Below, one piece after another: positions 12,497 through 23,800 of a stretch of DNA of 64,000 nucleotides. The translations under genes and the position numbers were made by a program. The first letter of the stretch is position 1; every line of letters starts with the position of its first letter. Below the pieces are notes generated by a model. That model did not search any database and was not told where the DNA came from. It worked only from the letters and a program-made list of their open reading frames with translations. The DNA lies in the NCBI GenBank assembly GCA_001600815.1, contig BCKZ01000017.1, positions 349,970 to 413,969 of the forward strand, read 5' to 3'. This DNA comes from Alloascoidea hylecoeti (taxonomy: Eukaryota).

Positions 12497-13870
12497 TGTC
12501 GGGACCCTTCACTCTTTATGTATTATATTACGATGTACCATATTGTCATTATTATTAATTTTCTTATATATAAACAAGATAATTTAATCAAATTATGAAC
12601 TATAAATGTATATCAATTAATTGTTTGCAAATGGAAAGGGTGCTTGTCTTTTTTTTGAAGGAAAATCAAAACAAGAATATTCAAGAAAACAGAAAGCAAA
12701 GTTATTTAGCTAGTTAAAATTCTAATACATTATTTCTCCTCCTANATCATCTATGTCGGNTTGGGCTNNAAAAAGTGTGGCTCTGGGATTAATACATGTA
12801 CTGTTGTAGTTTGCGGCTGTCATTGACGATATGGAAGTTGATCTTGGTTGATCAAATGGATCAAATAGATGCATACCGGTAGTTGGGATTGATGGCTCGG
12901 GGTTAATACTCTTGTTGTTTGTGGCTGTCATTGACGATATGGAACCAGTTGATCTTGGTTGATCAAATAGTTGCATACTGGTAGTTGGAATTAATGGATC
13001 GATGTGTTGATATATATTTGGCTGCGGATTTGTAGTTGGAATTGATAGATCGATGTGTTGATATATATTTGGCTGCGGATTTGTAGTTGCTGGTTGAGAG
13101 TCAACCTCAGTGATAGTACCATCTACAGTTCTAATAAAGTCCATCACACCTATTGACGAAACACTATTGTTTCCGACGGATAGAGGTTGGGGGTAAGGTC
13201 TGGGNGCTTCTCTGTTTTCCTTGTTCTCCTTATANAATCGAATAATCTGATCATCGAATTCCATTTTTTCCCGACTTGTTAATAAAGGAGACCATCTGTG
13301 CTGTAGTCGAAGCATATCGGTGTATTTATACTCATGAATGTATCTCATCCCAGAGAGTCTTTCAACGCCGATTCTGTGTCNCATATTCGCAATACGATTC
13401 AATTCTTGCATTTCTTTTTGGAATATTGTTATTTCTACTTCATTTTTTGAATACCAAGGGTACCATGCATTCATAGGATGAACTTTCTTGTTGTATTGAG
13501 GGATGGTATCGATAGTCATTATGGTTAAAAATATATATTATCAGTATAGCTAAGACGGAGAATTTCAGGAATATATATTTATATATATGTAGTAGTGTGG
13601 ATGTTTTTAAATATATTTATTAATTTAATGTAGGAATCGAAATNAAAACAATATCCATTTTAGGAATATTTAAGATAAAATAAGCATCAATTAATTTGGT
13701 ACGTGGGAGGGACGGCTGGTGAATAAAGTTTACGAATACATTTTGACATAAAGAGAGAAATATTATATTAAACTTGGTTAGCTCATTATATAATAGAATT
13801 CTGAGGATTTCTTCAGGACTTTCATCCAATTTCATGGACTCTGAAGTTCTTAGTTCCCCCAATTCGTGCG
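12497..13870 (-). mobile_element. Orphan-ORF repeat element (copy 2) with LTR-like terminus 12497-12729
   Basis: Inverted copy of 1-553. Contains the 265-aa ORF and scattered Ns up to 13644, and abuts the truncated copia relic. Upstream boundary is uncertain. Confidence 0.6.
12722..13519 (-). CDS. Repeat-borne hypothetical protein (265 aa) with internal 17-aa (PTTNPQPNIYQHIDxxI) and ~35-aa repeats
   Basis: Open frame with ATG and TAG; the C-terminal part is identical to the 1-368 copy. No recognisable domain. Confidence 0.5.
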   Translation of the reverse strand: MTIDTIPQYNKKVHPMNAWYPWYSKNEVEITIFQKEMQELNRIANMXHRIGVERLSGMRYIHEYKYTDMLRLQHRWSPLLTSREKMEFDDQIIRXYKENKENREXPRPYPQPLSVGNNSVSSIGVMDFIRTVDGTITEVDSQPATTNPQPNIYQHIDLSIPTTNPQPNIYQHIDPLIPTTSMQLFDQPRSTGSISSMTATNNKSINPEPSIPTTGMHLFDPFDQPRSTSISSMTAANYNSTCINPRATLFXAQXDIDDXGGEIMY

Positions 13871-16114
13871 ATCCACATCGGTACCCGGAATATAAAGAAA
13901 AGTTACCTACCTAGTTAAAAATCATGAGAGTGGAAATTTTCCATGAAATATCGATAGGAATAATCTGGCGTTTGGTCGATTGTATATACTTCCCTTATAT
14001 TAAATATAGCATAGCTCACTTATATATCCAGGAAATTTAGAATTATAGTACTTAAACCTTATTTAGGGCTTAAGCTTGGATTATGTACTCAAAACTCTCA
14101 TATAGAGTTTTTATATATATGATTCATTTCGTTTTACCAAATAAATTACACCATCTTTAATTTCCTAGTAATACATGTGGCTCCAGGAACCATAATAATT
14201 TCTGATATTCGAGACATTCTGTATGATCAGCACCATAGGAATAGAGATAAGAGACACTATGGACACATAACTGAGAGTAAGCGTAGAAACTATCACTATA
14301 ATATCACACCCTAACAAGTATAAGCTAAGGTTATATATATGGTATGTGTCCTTACTAGCTATAGCGGATATTTTAAATGTAATCGAACAATAAATTCTGA
14401 ACTACATGAGCAAGTGATTACACTGTATATAAAGAGCTGATTTACAGATATTATAAATATATATATATATATATCATATAATGAACACTATTCACTTGTT
14501 TATATTCAAAGGATCTAAAATTTAGAAATAAGTAGATAATTTAATTGCAACGTCCTTGCTCGCGTGCAGGTTTTCCTCTCAGGTTGAGTTGATAAAATAA
14601 AAATGGCTTATTGCATGAATCTGAAAATAATCACTCAAGCTTGATTGCCTAACTTGATGATGCATTGAACGATTGGAAATGGAGTTGAGGGCTTACATTA
14701 ATTAAACAAGACTGTGTGTGTGAAAATTGCCGCTGTTTAACTCATGATGATGGCATCTTGAAGTTTTATTTATATATTTGAGATAATCACTAGTACCGGA
14801 TACAATTTTGAATGAAACTGCCAATGTTTCGATATCCGATTTTCTTAGAATTAATATGATTAAAAATTCAGTGTACTAATATATGGTGTTTCCCAGCTGC
14901 AAGTATGCATTTCATGATTTTCATGATCTCTTTTTGGAAACTCTCCAATGAATGGGGATTTAGGCAGGAATTTTATTTATTCATATTCTTAAATTGTATC
15001 ATTAGTTAAAACTTATTTAACTATAAGCTAGAAGCTTATCAATACTATATCTAAGCATTTTCAGTCACTAATATTAAGTAGCATGCATATGGAAAAGATA
15101 AGATTAGATTGTGGTATATGTTTAAGAATAATTAACGTTATGTAACAATAAAGATAGAATTTGTTTTGTGCTTATATGAATAAGACCAATTAGCACTGAT
15201 GTCGTTTACAATTCACGCTGACGATAATTATAAATGATTGGGGTTTAAAGCACACCTGCAGGTCAATCATTAATATATTCTAACCAGTTACAACAGTATT
15301 ATTTCTTTTAAATTTCCAAGCGCGAGAAGATTTATCAATGAAAATAGCACAGCTCATCTTACCTCCATGATAAAATGCAGTTGATTGTTAGGTAAACGTT
15401 TGGCAAAAGAATGTAAAGGTCTGAGTTTGCAAATTGTTGGATATGGCGATAGCACTCTTGGGTAGTCTACAAGATTTCGTTTGCCTCTTTGGGATAACTG
15501 GTTCCAACGTGCACTTTAATACCGGTAATTAATCTTCGGAAAAACGAGTTTCAGTAATTTAATTCTAATCAGATACTATGCTTCAATTATGAAGCATGAT
15601 ATCTTACCTTCTAAATTAACATGACAAATATATAAATGTAGAAAAGGTTATTTAGGATAACATCATGCAATTTTTATATGTTAAAAGACCAAGTTAAAGC
15701 AAAAGGTTTTCTCAAACGAATATATAAGATATACATGTATATATATTATTAAAGCCCAATTAGAATGATGCATATGGTGTTAATCATATTTGGCGTGCTT
15801 CACTCATTATCTCCCCATCATAAATAATCATCATCCGGCAATATTAATTACGTGATAAATAGGTGTACTGGTAAACTTTATACGTATACGAATCTGCTGA
15901 TGAGGTTATTGATGCATAAATATTCTTACGGTGTAACGGTAGGATATGTTTCTTAACCGCTGAATCCCCTCTTTGGATAAAGAAGGATTTAGTACGGAAT
16001 ACGGAACCGTGGATATGAATGTATTGTTGATTAGCCTGAACTTTACAAATTATTGATTAGAAAACCAGGCTCGATGTGTGCAGGAGCCGAGCTCATTTTC
16101 AAAGAACAGGTATA

Positions 16115-16136
16115 TGCACGTGCACGTGCACGTGCA
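16115..16136. promoter_or_regulatory. 22-bp palindrome (TGCACG)3TGCA containing three CACGTG E-boxes
   Basis: Seen directly, ~740 bp upstream of the MFS transporter ATG. Function is inferred. Confidence 0.4.
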
Positions 16137-16876
16137 AAATGTCTCTTTAAATTTACTCGTGACAAATAGGGTAAATGTATCTGCCTATAGCAAACACATA
16201 AAACCGAGATAAAGTCTTCTAGGAGATGAGCAAATCTTTTTAATTGGAGTTTAATAGCTATAGAGAGAAAAATCCCAAACTGCATGCTTCAAGGTTTGCT
16301 CGTCCCCATATTCGCACCTAACTGGATTCGCCTTGAAGCTTGTCGTTAAGTATTTTTGCCCAATAGAGCCCTTATGGGTTTCAATGTCGTATGTATGTGT
16401 ACGACACAATAAAAACTTTTAAACTTTTCTCGGATCGCAAGCAATATGCATAAATATGCATTTATATGCAGGGACAATGTTAGTATATTTTGCAGATATT
16501 ACATCACAGCATCGTGTGAGCACGCCATGCGGTAGTAATAATTAGCCAAATCATCACACAATGATTAGATAAAGGGTAAAAGAAATAAATATAGTTATTT
16601 TAGAGTCTTTCAATTATACACATAATATCAATGCATGGTTGTATTTGTACATACAGCTTGATTATAAGACAATCTTACATATATCAATTCTACAAATTTT
16701 GAAATGCCAAAACTAGAAAAGTTTAAAATAATAATATTTAAAAAAAATAGTAAGGATCAAAAAGTTTTTTTCATATATAAAGGTCCTCTTCTCCTGCCTT
16801 AAGCTTAGATTGCGAATTTGTTTTACATAGTTAATATTAATATTGCATTCGATAACTTTCGTTGCTATTTTTGAGA

Positions 16877-18706
16877 ATGGGATTGTTCTCTAACATTAAG
16901 AATAATTTGAAAGGAGGAGAAAATGATGGGAATGGCAAAATTTTATCGTCATCAATATCGGTTGTAAGCAATAGCTCTAGTTATAGCGATAAAGCAGCAA
17001 ACATAAAAAATTTAGAAAAAGAACAACCATCTCAATCAGAAAATTCATTACCTTCAGATTCTAATTTAGAAGACTTGGAAAAAAAGGCGCTAGAGAAAAA
17101 CGCAAAGCTAGTTACAGAAAGTGGGAATATGATAACAAAAGATGGTCAAGTTGTTATTGTTACGAATGAAAGTGATAATATTTTTAGAGATCCAGAAATT
17201 GCAAAATATTATTCTCAAATCTATGAAGAGGTAAAGTACGAATGCAGACATGAATTTGATCCAAATGCTGAATGGACAGAAAAAGAAGAAAAAAAATTGG
17301 TTAGAAAACTTGATCTAAGAGTATGTCTTTGGGCTTGTATTATGTTTTTTGCTTTACAATTGGATAGAGGTAATTTGTCGCAAGCTGTTTCTGATAATTT
17401 ACTAGACGATTTGGGAATAACCACTGATAATTTCAACACTGGAAATACAATCTTCTATTGTTGTTTTTTAGCAACTGAACTTCCATTACAATTGGTATCA
17501 AAAAAGATTGGGCCAGATAGATGGCTCCCTACTCAAATGATTATGTGGTCTTTAGTTTCCGCGAGTCAAGCAGCTTTAAAAGGAAAAGGCGGATTTTATG
17601 CAACAAGATGTTTAATTGGAGCTCTTGAAGGTTCATTCATTGCAGAAATAGTATTGTGGTTATCTTATTTTTATAATTCAAAGGAGCTGCCTATTAGACT
17701 TTCTTTCTTTTGGACTTCTTTATCGTTAACTCAAATTGCCTCGTCTTTAGCAGCTTTTGGGTTACTTCGAATGAGAGGTTTACATGGATTGGCTGGATGG
17801 AGATGGCTATTTCTGATAGAAGGTATAATAACGTTTACCGTTGGAGTTTTATCTTATTTCAACATGCCTGCTTCTGTGGTTCAAACAAAAAGTCGATTTA
17901 GACCTAAAGGGTGGTTTACAGATAGAGAAGTTAAAATAGCTGTTAATCGTATATTAAGAGATGACCCTATGAAAGGAGAAATGAATAACCGTCAACCACT
18001 TGATTGGGCTGCTTTATGGGACTCATTGAAAGATTATGATTTATGGATTTTATATGCTATTGGATTAGTTGCGTATATTCCAAACGCTCCTCAAAGCACT
18101 TATCTTACTTTGACACTAAAAAAACTTGGATTCAGTACTTTTAATACTAACCTTCTAACAATTCCTGGTCCAGCACTGAACATTATTTCTCTACTTACAA
18201 CGACAAAATTATCCCAAGTTTTCAAGGAAAAATCATTAATATGTTTATCTCAACCAATTTTTTTTATTCCATTTCTTGTCGCTTTAAGATGGTGGCCAGG
18301 AACACAGGTTGACGTTTGGCCAACATATGTATTGTTGACATTACTTATTGGTGGACCATATATTCATGCAATCTTAGTTGCATGGTGTTCAGAAAATTCA
18401 AATACTGTTAGAACAAGAACAGTTTCAGCATCATTATATAATATGTTTGTTCAAGCAGGTAGTATCATATCGAATAACATGTACAGAGATGACGATAAAC
18501 CTTTATATTATAGGGGAAATATGCAGCTATTTGCAATAAACTTCATCACAATTGCTTTATTATTGTTTTGCAAAGTTTATTACGTTAAAAGGAATAATTG
18601 GAAGAAGAGAAAATTAGAGAGTATGACAAACGAAGAGAAATATATTTATCTATCAACTACTACCGATAAAGGTAATAAGAGATTAGATTTTATGTTCGCC
18701 CATTAA
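16877..18706 (+). CDS. MFS transporter, allantoate/anion:cation symporter family (SOA1/YIL166C-like sulfonate/sulfur transporter)
   Basis: YECRHEFDP..WT.KEEKKLVRKLD, LQLDRGNL, GWRWLFLIEG, ILRDDP.KG.M.NRQ, DKGNKRLDF motifs. About 12 TM helices. Confidence 0.9.
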   Translation: MGLFSNIKNNLKGGENDGNGKILSSSISVVSNSSSYSDKAANIKNLEKEQPSQSENSLPSDSNLEDLEKKALEKNAKLVTESGNMITKDGQVVIVTNESDNIFRDPEIAKYYSQIYEEVKYECRHEFDPNAEWTEKEEKKLVRKLDLRVCLWACIMFFALQLDRGNLSQAVSDNLLDDLGITTDNFNTGNTIFYCCFLATELPLQLVSKKIGPDRWLPTQMIMWSLVSASQAALKGKGGFYATRCLIGALEGSFIAEIVLWLSYFYNSKELPIRLSFFWTSLSLTQIASSLAAFGLLRMRGLHGLAGWRWLFLIEGIITFTVGVLSYFNMPASVVQTKSRFRPKGWFTDREVKIAVNRILRDDPMKGEMNNRQPLDWAALWDSLKDYDLWILYAIGLVAYIPNAPQSTYLTLTLKKLGFSTFNTNLLTIPGPALNIISLLTTTKLSQVFKEKSLICLSQPIFFIPFLVALRWWPGTQVDVWPTYVLLTLLIGGPYIHAILVAWCSENSNTVRTRTVSASLYNMFVQAGSIISNNMYRDDDKPLYYRGNMQLFAINFITIALLLFCKVYYVKRNNWKKRKLESMTNEEKYIYLSTTTDKGNKRLDFMFAH

Positions 18707-19122
18707 TTAAATATCTAGATATTATATTCGACAAAAAAAATTATAGATGATTGAAACTTATACTCGTAATTTTAAATAATGTTAATCTTTTAACAAAAAT
18801 GATAACCTTATAAATAATGAAAGAGAACAAGGGTAGTGTGTACTTCAGGATGGATATCCAGTCTCCAGTCTTTAATGGGGTCCTACTAGAAGCGAGTAGT
18901 GAACAAACCACTAAGTAATCGATTGATCACGAGTATAAAATAGGCCAAACTAGGAATATATCGATGATTAATATTTCTTCTCGTACTCTAATTCTTCGTT
19001 CTGTCGAACTGCTACCAGGAGGTTCGATCTATTTAAATTTCCAACAAACATTTGGGTCTTTGGGTGTTTCAACCATGCTTCCCGATAACATATCGAAATG
19101 TCATATATTCTTAAATTTCACA

Positions 19123-19902
19123 ATGGATATTTCCAAGATTATCTTAGACAAATTTCTTTTATTTGGGGATTCAATTACAGAATTTGGTAGTAGTCTGCCA
19201 CATGGAATACTATTGCCGGAACTAACTGAATTATATATACGGAAATTGGATATTGTTATTCGTGGATTTGCTGGCTATAATTCTGATGAGGCTAAATTAA
19301 TATTACCAGAAATTTTGAAGTCGGAGAATAATAATGAAGGAACTTCTAAAATTAAATTAATGACGATGTTTTTTGGAACAAATGATGCTGCTGGTGAAAT
19401 ACAAGATGTTCCAATTGATCGCTATGAGAAAAATATGAGAGATTTAGTTGAGTTGATCTTAAAAAGAGATATTAGTTTGATTTTAATAACACCTGCAATT
19501 CACGGACAGAAGTTATGGGCTAGTCGTGTTAAGCCGGGTGTTGAAGGGAGATCAAACCCTAAAAGTAAAAGATACGCCGAAATTGTAAAGAAGATAGGTA
19601 TTGAATTTAACGTTCCTGTTGTTGATCTGTTTACTTTATTTTCAAATTATCTTGGTTATTCTCTTGAAGAAAAGAAGATTGATGAAATTGATGAAGATAT
19701 ACCTGGCACTGAAAAGTTATTAGTTGATGGGATTCATTTTAGTAAACAGGGATACACTATACTATTAAACGGTATTCTCGATGCAATTGAAAAGAATTAT
19801 CCTCAATTTATGCCATCAAAAATGAATAGAGTTTTAAGCTATTGGAGAGATATCGATACTAATAATTTAGAAGGAACAATGTTTATTCCAGGCCCACCTT
19901 AG
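19123..19902 (+). CDS. IAH1: Isoamyl acetate-hydrolysing esterase (SGNH/GDSL)
   Basis: FLLFGDSITE, RGFAGYNS, FFGTNDA, DGIHFS blocks. Likely start MDISK at 19123. Confidence 0.9.
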   Translation: MDISKIILDKFLLFGDSITEFGSSLPHGILLPELTELYIRKLDIVIRGFAGYNSDEAKLILPEILKSENNNEGTSKIKLMTMFFGTNDAAGEIQDVPIDRYEKNMRDLVELILKRDISLILITPAIHGQKLWASRVKPGVEGRSNPKSKRYAEIVKKIGIEFNVPVVDLFTLFSNYLGYSLEEKKIDEIDEDIPGTEKLLVDGIHFSKQGYTILLNGILDAIEKNYPQFMPSKMNRVLSYWRDIDTNNLEGTMFIPGPP

Positions 19903-20861
19903 ATCTATATTTATCTAACGTGTCGCATTATAGATACATATATTACATAAAAACCCCTCTAGAGCTAGAAGTATAATAATGATCCACTCCTTACATTCAC
20001 AATAAGTCCAGCATTCTCCAATGCCAATTTTCTCTGAAGATTATTGGATCAGCTTTACTACTCCACCCCAACAACAATATCTACTTCATTTAGTCTGAAC
20101 ACACTGGTGACAGATGTATTATAGCTAAAGTTGAAGACAATATCACAGAACTGTCCAATATTAAAAGCAATCCAACTGTCACAAATAAAAATCAGAATTT
20201 ACCGGGCTCCTTGGACAGAACACTCTACAAAGCCGTCGTCCATCTCCTCGAAAGTTTTCAGCTTTAAGTACAAAAAAAATAACGCAGTTGTTGCAGAAAG
20301 AAGGGCACATCTTCTGTTCCAAAGGTATCTGATAAACATATTTCACAAGAAACATTATTAGTCATTAAATCTAAATCTTTGGAGGTGTTTACCGCCGATA
20401 TGCCAAAGAACAATGAAAAATAGCGAGAGTCAACGTGTGGATCTAGAAGAAAAGTATAGTAAGCTTAAGCTGGATACATCTTCTATGCATAGTAAACTGG
20501 AAGATGTTGCTTCCGGAAATTTGAATCTTGGAAACTCAGTGAATAAACATTAAAACTTGTTCACAGTTTTACCCAAAAGTACATGAGATCAGATAATCAG
20601 CTCCGAATCTTCGTTGGGTACTATAACCCAAGACTAAGAGCAAATTCGTCTAATTCTTAGTACAAACCTTCGAATTCAACCGAATTTTTCTTTATAATTC
20701 GTTTTGTAAGACGTTTACAGTGTAACACTTATGTAGTATACAAATCATTAAATTTAATAAGCAGATAGATCCTTTATATTGTATAACTTGTAAGTATAAT
20801 AATAATAATAATATATATATATATATATATATATATTTATTTCAGTGTTCTGATTCTATAA

Positions 20862-23800
20862 TTAAACATAACTAGCCATAGAACTGTCTAAGTTGTTTTC
20901 AGATTTCAATCGTTTAAATAATTTCTTACTTACTGCTTTACCTTGTGAATCAGTTGCCCGCCAAAGTAAACAGCTTAGTCTCTTATAAAGGTGTGCAATC
21001 CATATAAATGTGAACTTTTCTCCAAGCCATGACACGAAAAAATTGGAGAAGACAATTAATAGAATTATGCATTGAAAATAAAAAGGAATATCGGTCATCT
21101 GTAATAAATGTCCCAGATAAGAGTCTGAAGGGAAAGTCATGATGAGAAGTGAGCCAGTTAGTGTTATTGCAATAGTTATTAAAAAGGGAATATTTTTGAT
21201 TATTGGCTCTCGATAAGGTGGTCCAACAGTTAACACAATTCCAATAAGAATATATTGAAAATTCGAGACACTGAACAAAACTGAATTATCGGAGCTTTCA
21301 ACTTCGTCGTCTCCACCTGGTACAGGTTTGATGTACCAAGGTTCACGTTTCACCAGAATCCATGAAAATATTTGGAAAAATGCAAAAACTATAATCTGTA
21401 ACAACAGTGTTATTAAAACTTTTGGAGAAACAAGATTGGCAGTTGGCCTTTTGCGAGTAAGTTTTGGAAAAGGTTTTGACCAACCCATAAAAATTGCAAT
21501 TGGGATAATTAGGAATAAATCGATCCATAAAAATTGAAAATCCCCCAGATTCGATCCTCCTCTGTATAATATAGTTACTGTCACAAACTGAATCGCTGAG
21601 TATAAACTCATGTACTTGAAACAACTAAAACTTGTAACAAGACTGGCTCTGCCTTCTCTGATAACGTCCAGCACACAACTGATCTCAAATATTCGACTAG
21701 TAAACGGAGCAGCTACACTGGCTTCTGCTTCCGACAGAGATATACCTACATCTGCCGCTTTTAGAGCTGCACAATCATTTGCACCATCACCACAAAATCC
21801 CGTGGTATAGTCTAATTTTTTTAATTGTTCAATCAGTTCATGTTTTTCATCGGGAGACATTCGGGCAAAAATAGCTCCTTTTATTAACATTTGTTCTATT
21901 GCTCTAGGTTCTTGTAACTCTGTAAGAACATAACGGAAAACCTCGCCAGATACTGCCACAACATGTTTACCAATGGCCTTGTTAGGTTGCAGCGTTACAG
22001 GATCAAGTAAGCTTGTCGGGTCATCTAAGTTTTCCCACATTAGTCTAAACGTATATTCGTCGAATATGGTCCTCTCAAATCTTGGCACAAAAACGCTATG
22101 ATCAGTTGGAATTATACCACATTCTTTTCCAACACTAACAGCTGTTAAAATATTGTCGCCCGTGCACATTACAGTTCGAATTTCAGCCTCGTTTAGTTGA
22201 TCAATAACACTAGCTGATGTTGGCTTTAGTTTATTTTCAAATACAATTAATCCGACTAATTCCAACTCGCTTTCAACCTTTTGACGTGTTAACTTTTGGG
22301 CTCTAACCCATGACGTATTACGAATAGTTTTTGTGGCACAGGCTATAACTCTGTAACCATGATGTGTATATTCATGTAGCAACTCTTCATAATTAGAGGG
22401 TAGTGATTCCGGTTTACATATCTCGGGCATAACTTCAGGTGCGCCTTTAACATAAGCATGAATGTCATCACCGGTGAAACTTTTCACTAGAACACTCATT
22501 CTTCGTAGTTCAGAAATGAATTCAAAACTTCTAATTATACCCAGGTGATTATCTGGATTCTTAGAATCTAGACCAGATCCATCGGAAGGGGGGCGAACAA
22601 CAGCAGGTGATATGTCATTATTCTCTGGTAAAAAATTGTCATCCATTCGTTGATCTAACGCTGAAGCCACTGTAGTTGTATCAACGACTTCTCCTTCCTC
22701 ATCATATTGCCATTTCGTGAACTCAAACATCTTCAAGTCTAACGGATCTCCGATAGGTTCACCATTAATTACACGAAGTGTATGGCAGGTCGTCATAGTT
22801 GCCAATAATCGTGCCTGATTTCTTTGATTCTGGGATTTTAAGTCACATAAAGAAGCAGCCGATTTATCATCAATTACACTGTCAACAGTGTCAATTATTT
22901 CAGAAAACAACCCATCTGATCTGATATAATGAACACCCAAAACATCCAATCCATCCTCAGTCAATGTCCCTGTTTTATCAAAGCACAAAATATCCAGTTT
23001 ACCACCCACATTAACACGATTTGGGCTGATACAAAATATTTGTTTCTTTCTTAGTCTATTAAGAGCAAAATTTGTACCAATTGTTAAAGTTGCGGGGAGG
23101 GCAGGAGGGACGACGATTGTAAACAGATCCAATGCTCTAAAAATAATAATATTCCACCCCAGTCCTAGTTTAATAAAGTTAATTGCTGATACTATAAATC
23201 CAGAAAATGCTATAATACACATGAACCCAATATATTTAAACGAATCTTCATAGAACTTGAATCCCATTGGTTTCGGAAAGAGCATTGAGCGGATCAAAGC
23301 ACCCTTTGTGGTACAAAATCCCGTCCGAACAGCTAGAGCCATCGAAGGGCCATCATTTTTTCTTCTAACTCTCACTAGTCTAGTACCACAATATAACATG
23401 CTTCTTGCTAAGTCAGCAGATACACTTGTACCTAGAACTTCGCTTCCCAGTTTTCTCAATGTTGATTGCTCCGCTGGTATTTTTGACACTGGCACAGACT
23501 CACCAGTCAACATACTTTCATTTACAATACAATCACCAGATAATAAAACCGAATCGCAAGGTAAAATATTAAGAGATGGGTCCGATACTTCATAAATATC
23601 TCCTGGTACGATATCAGAGGAAGCAACAACTGACCAGAAATCATTTCTCCAAACACGAACATCGCATACAAAAGTTGAGATTTCTTTTAATCGGTCCATT
23701 GTTTGTTTCGTTTCAACTAAAGTGTTTCCGACACTAATAATTGAAATTAAAAAAATGCAAGTGGCATAATAATAATATTCATCAAGGGACCATAAAATAA

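Noticed and set aside
14220..14550. Possible solo LTR (TG start, TATATAAAGAG)
   Set aside because: No matching TSD, no second copy in the window and no clear CA terminus.
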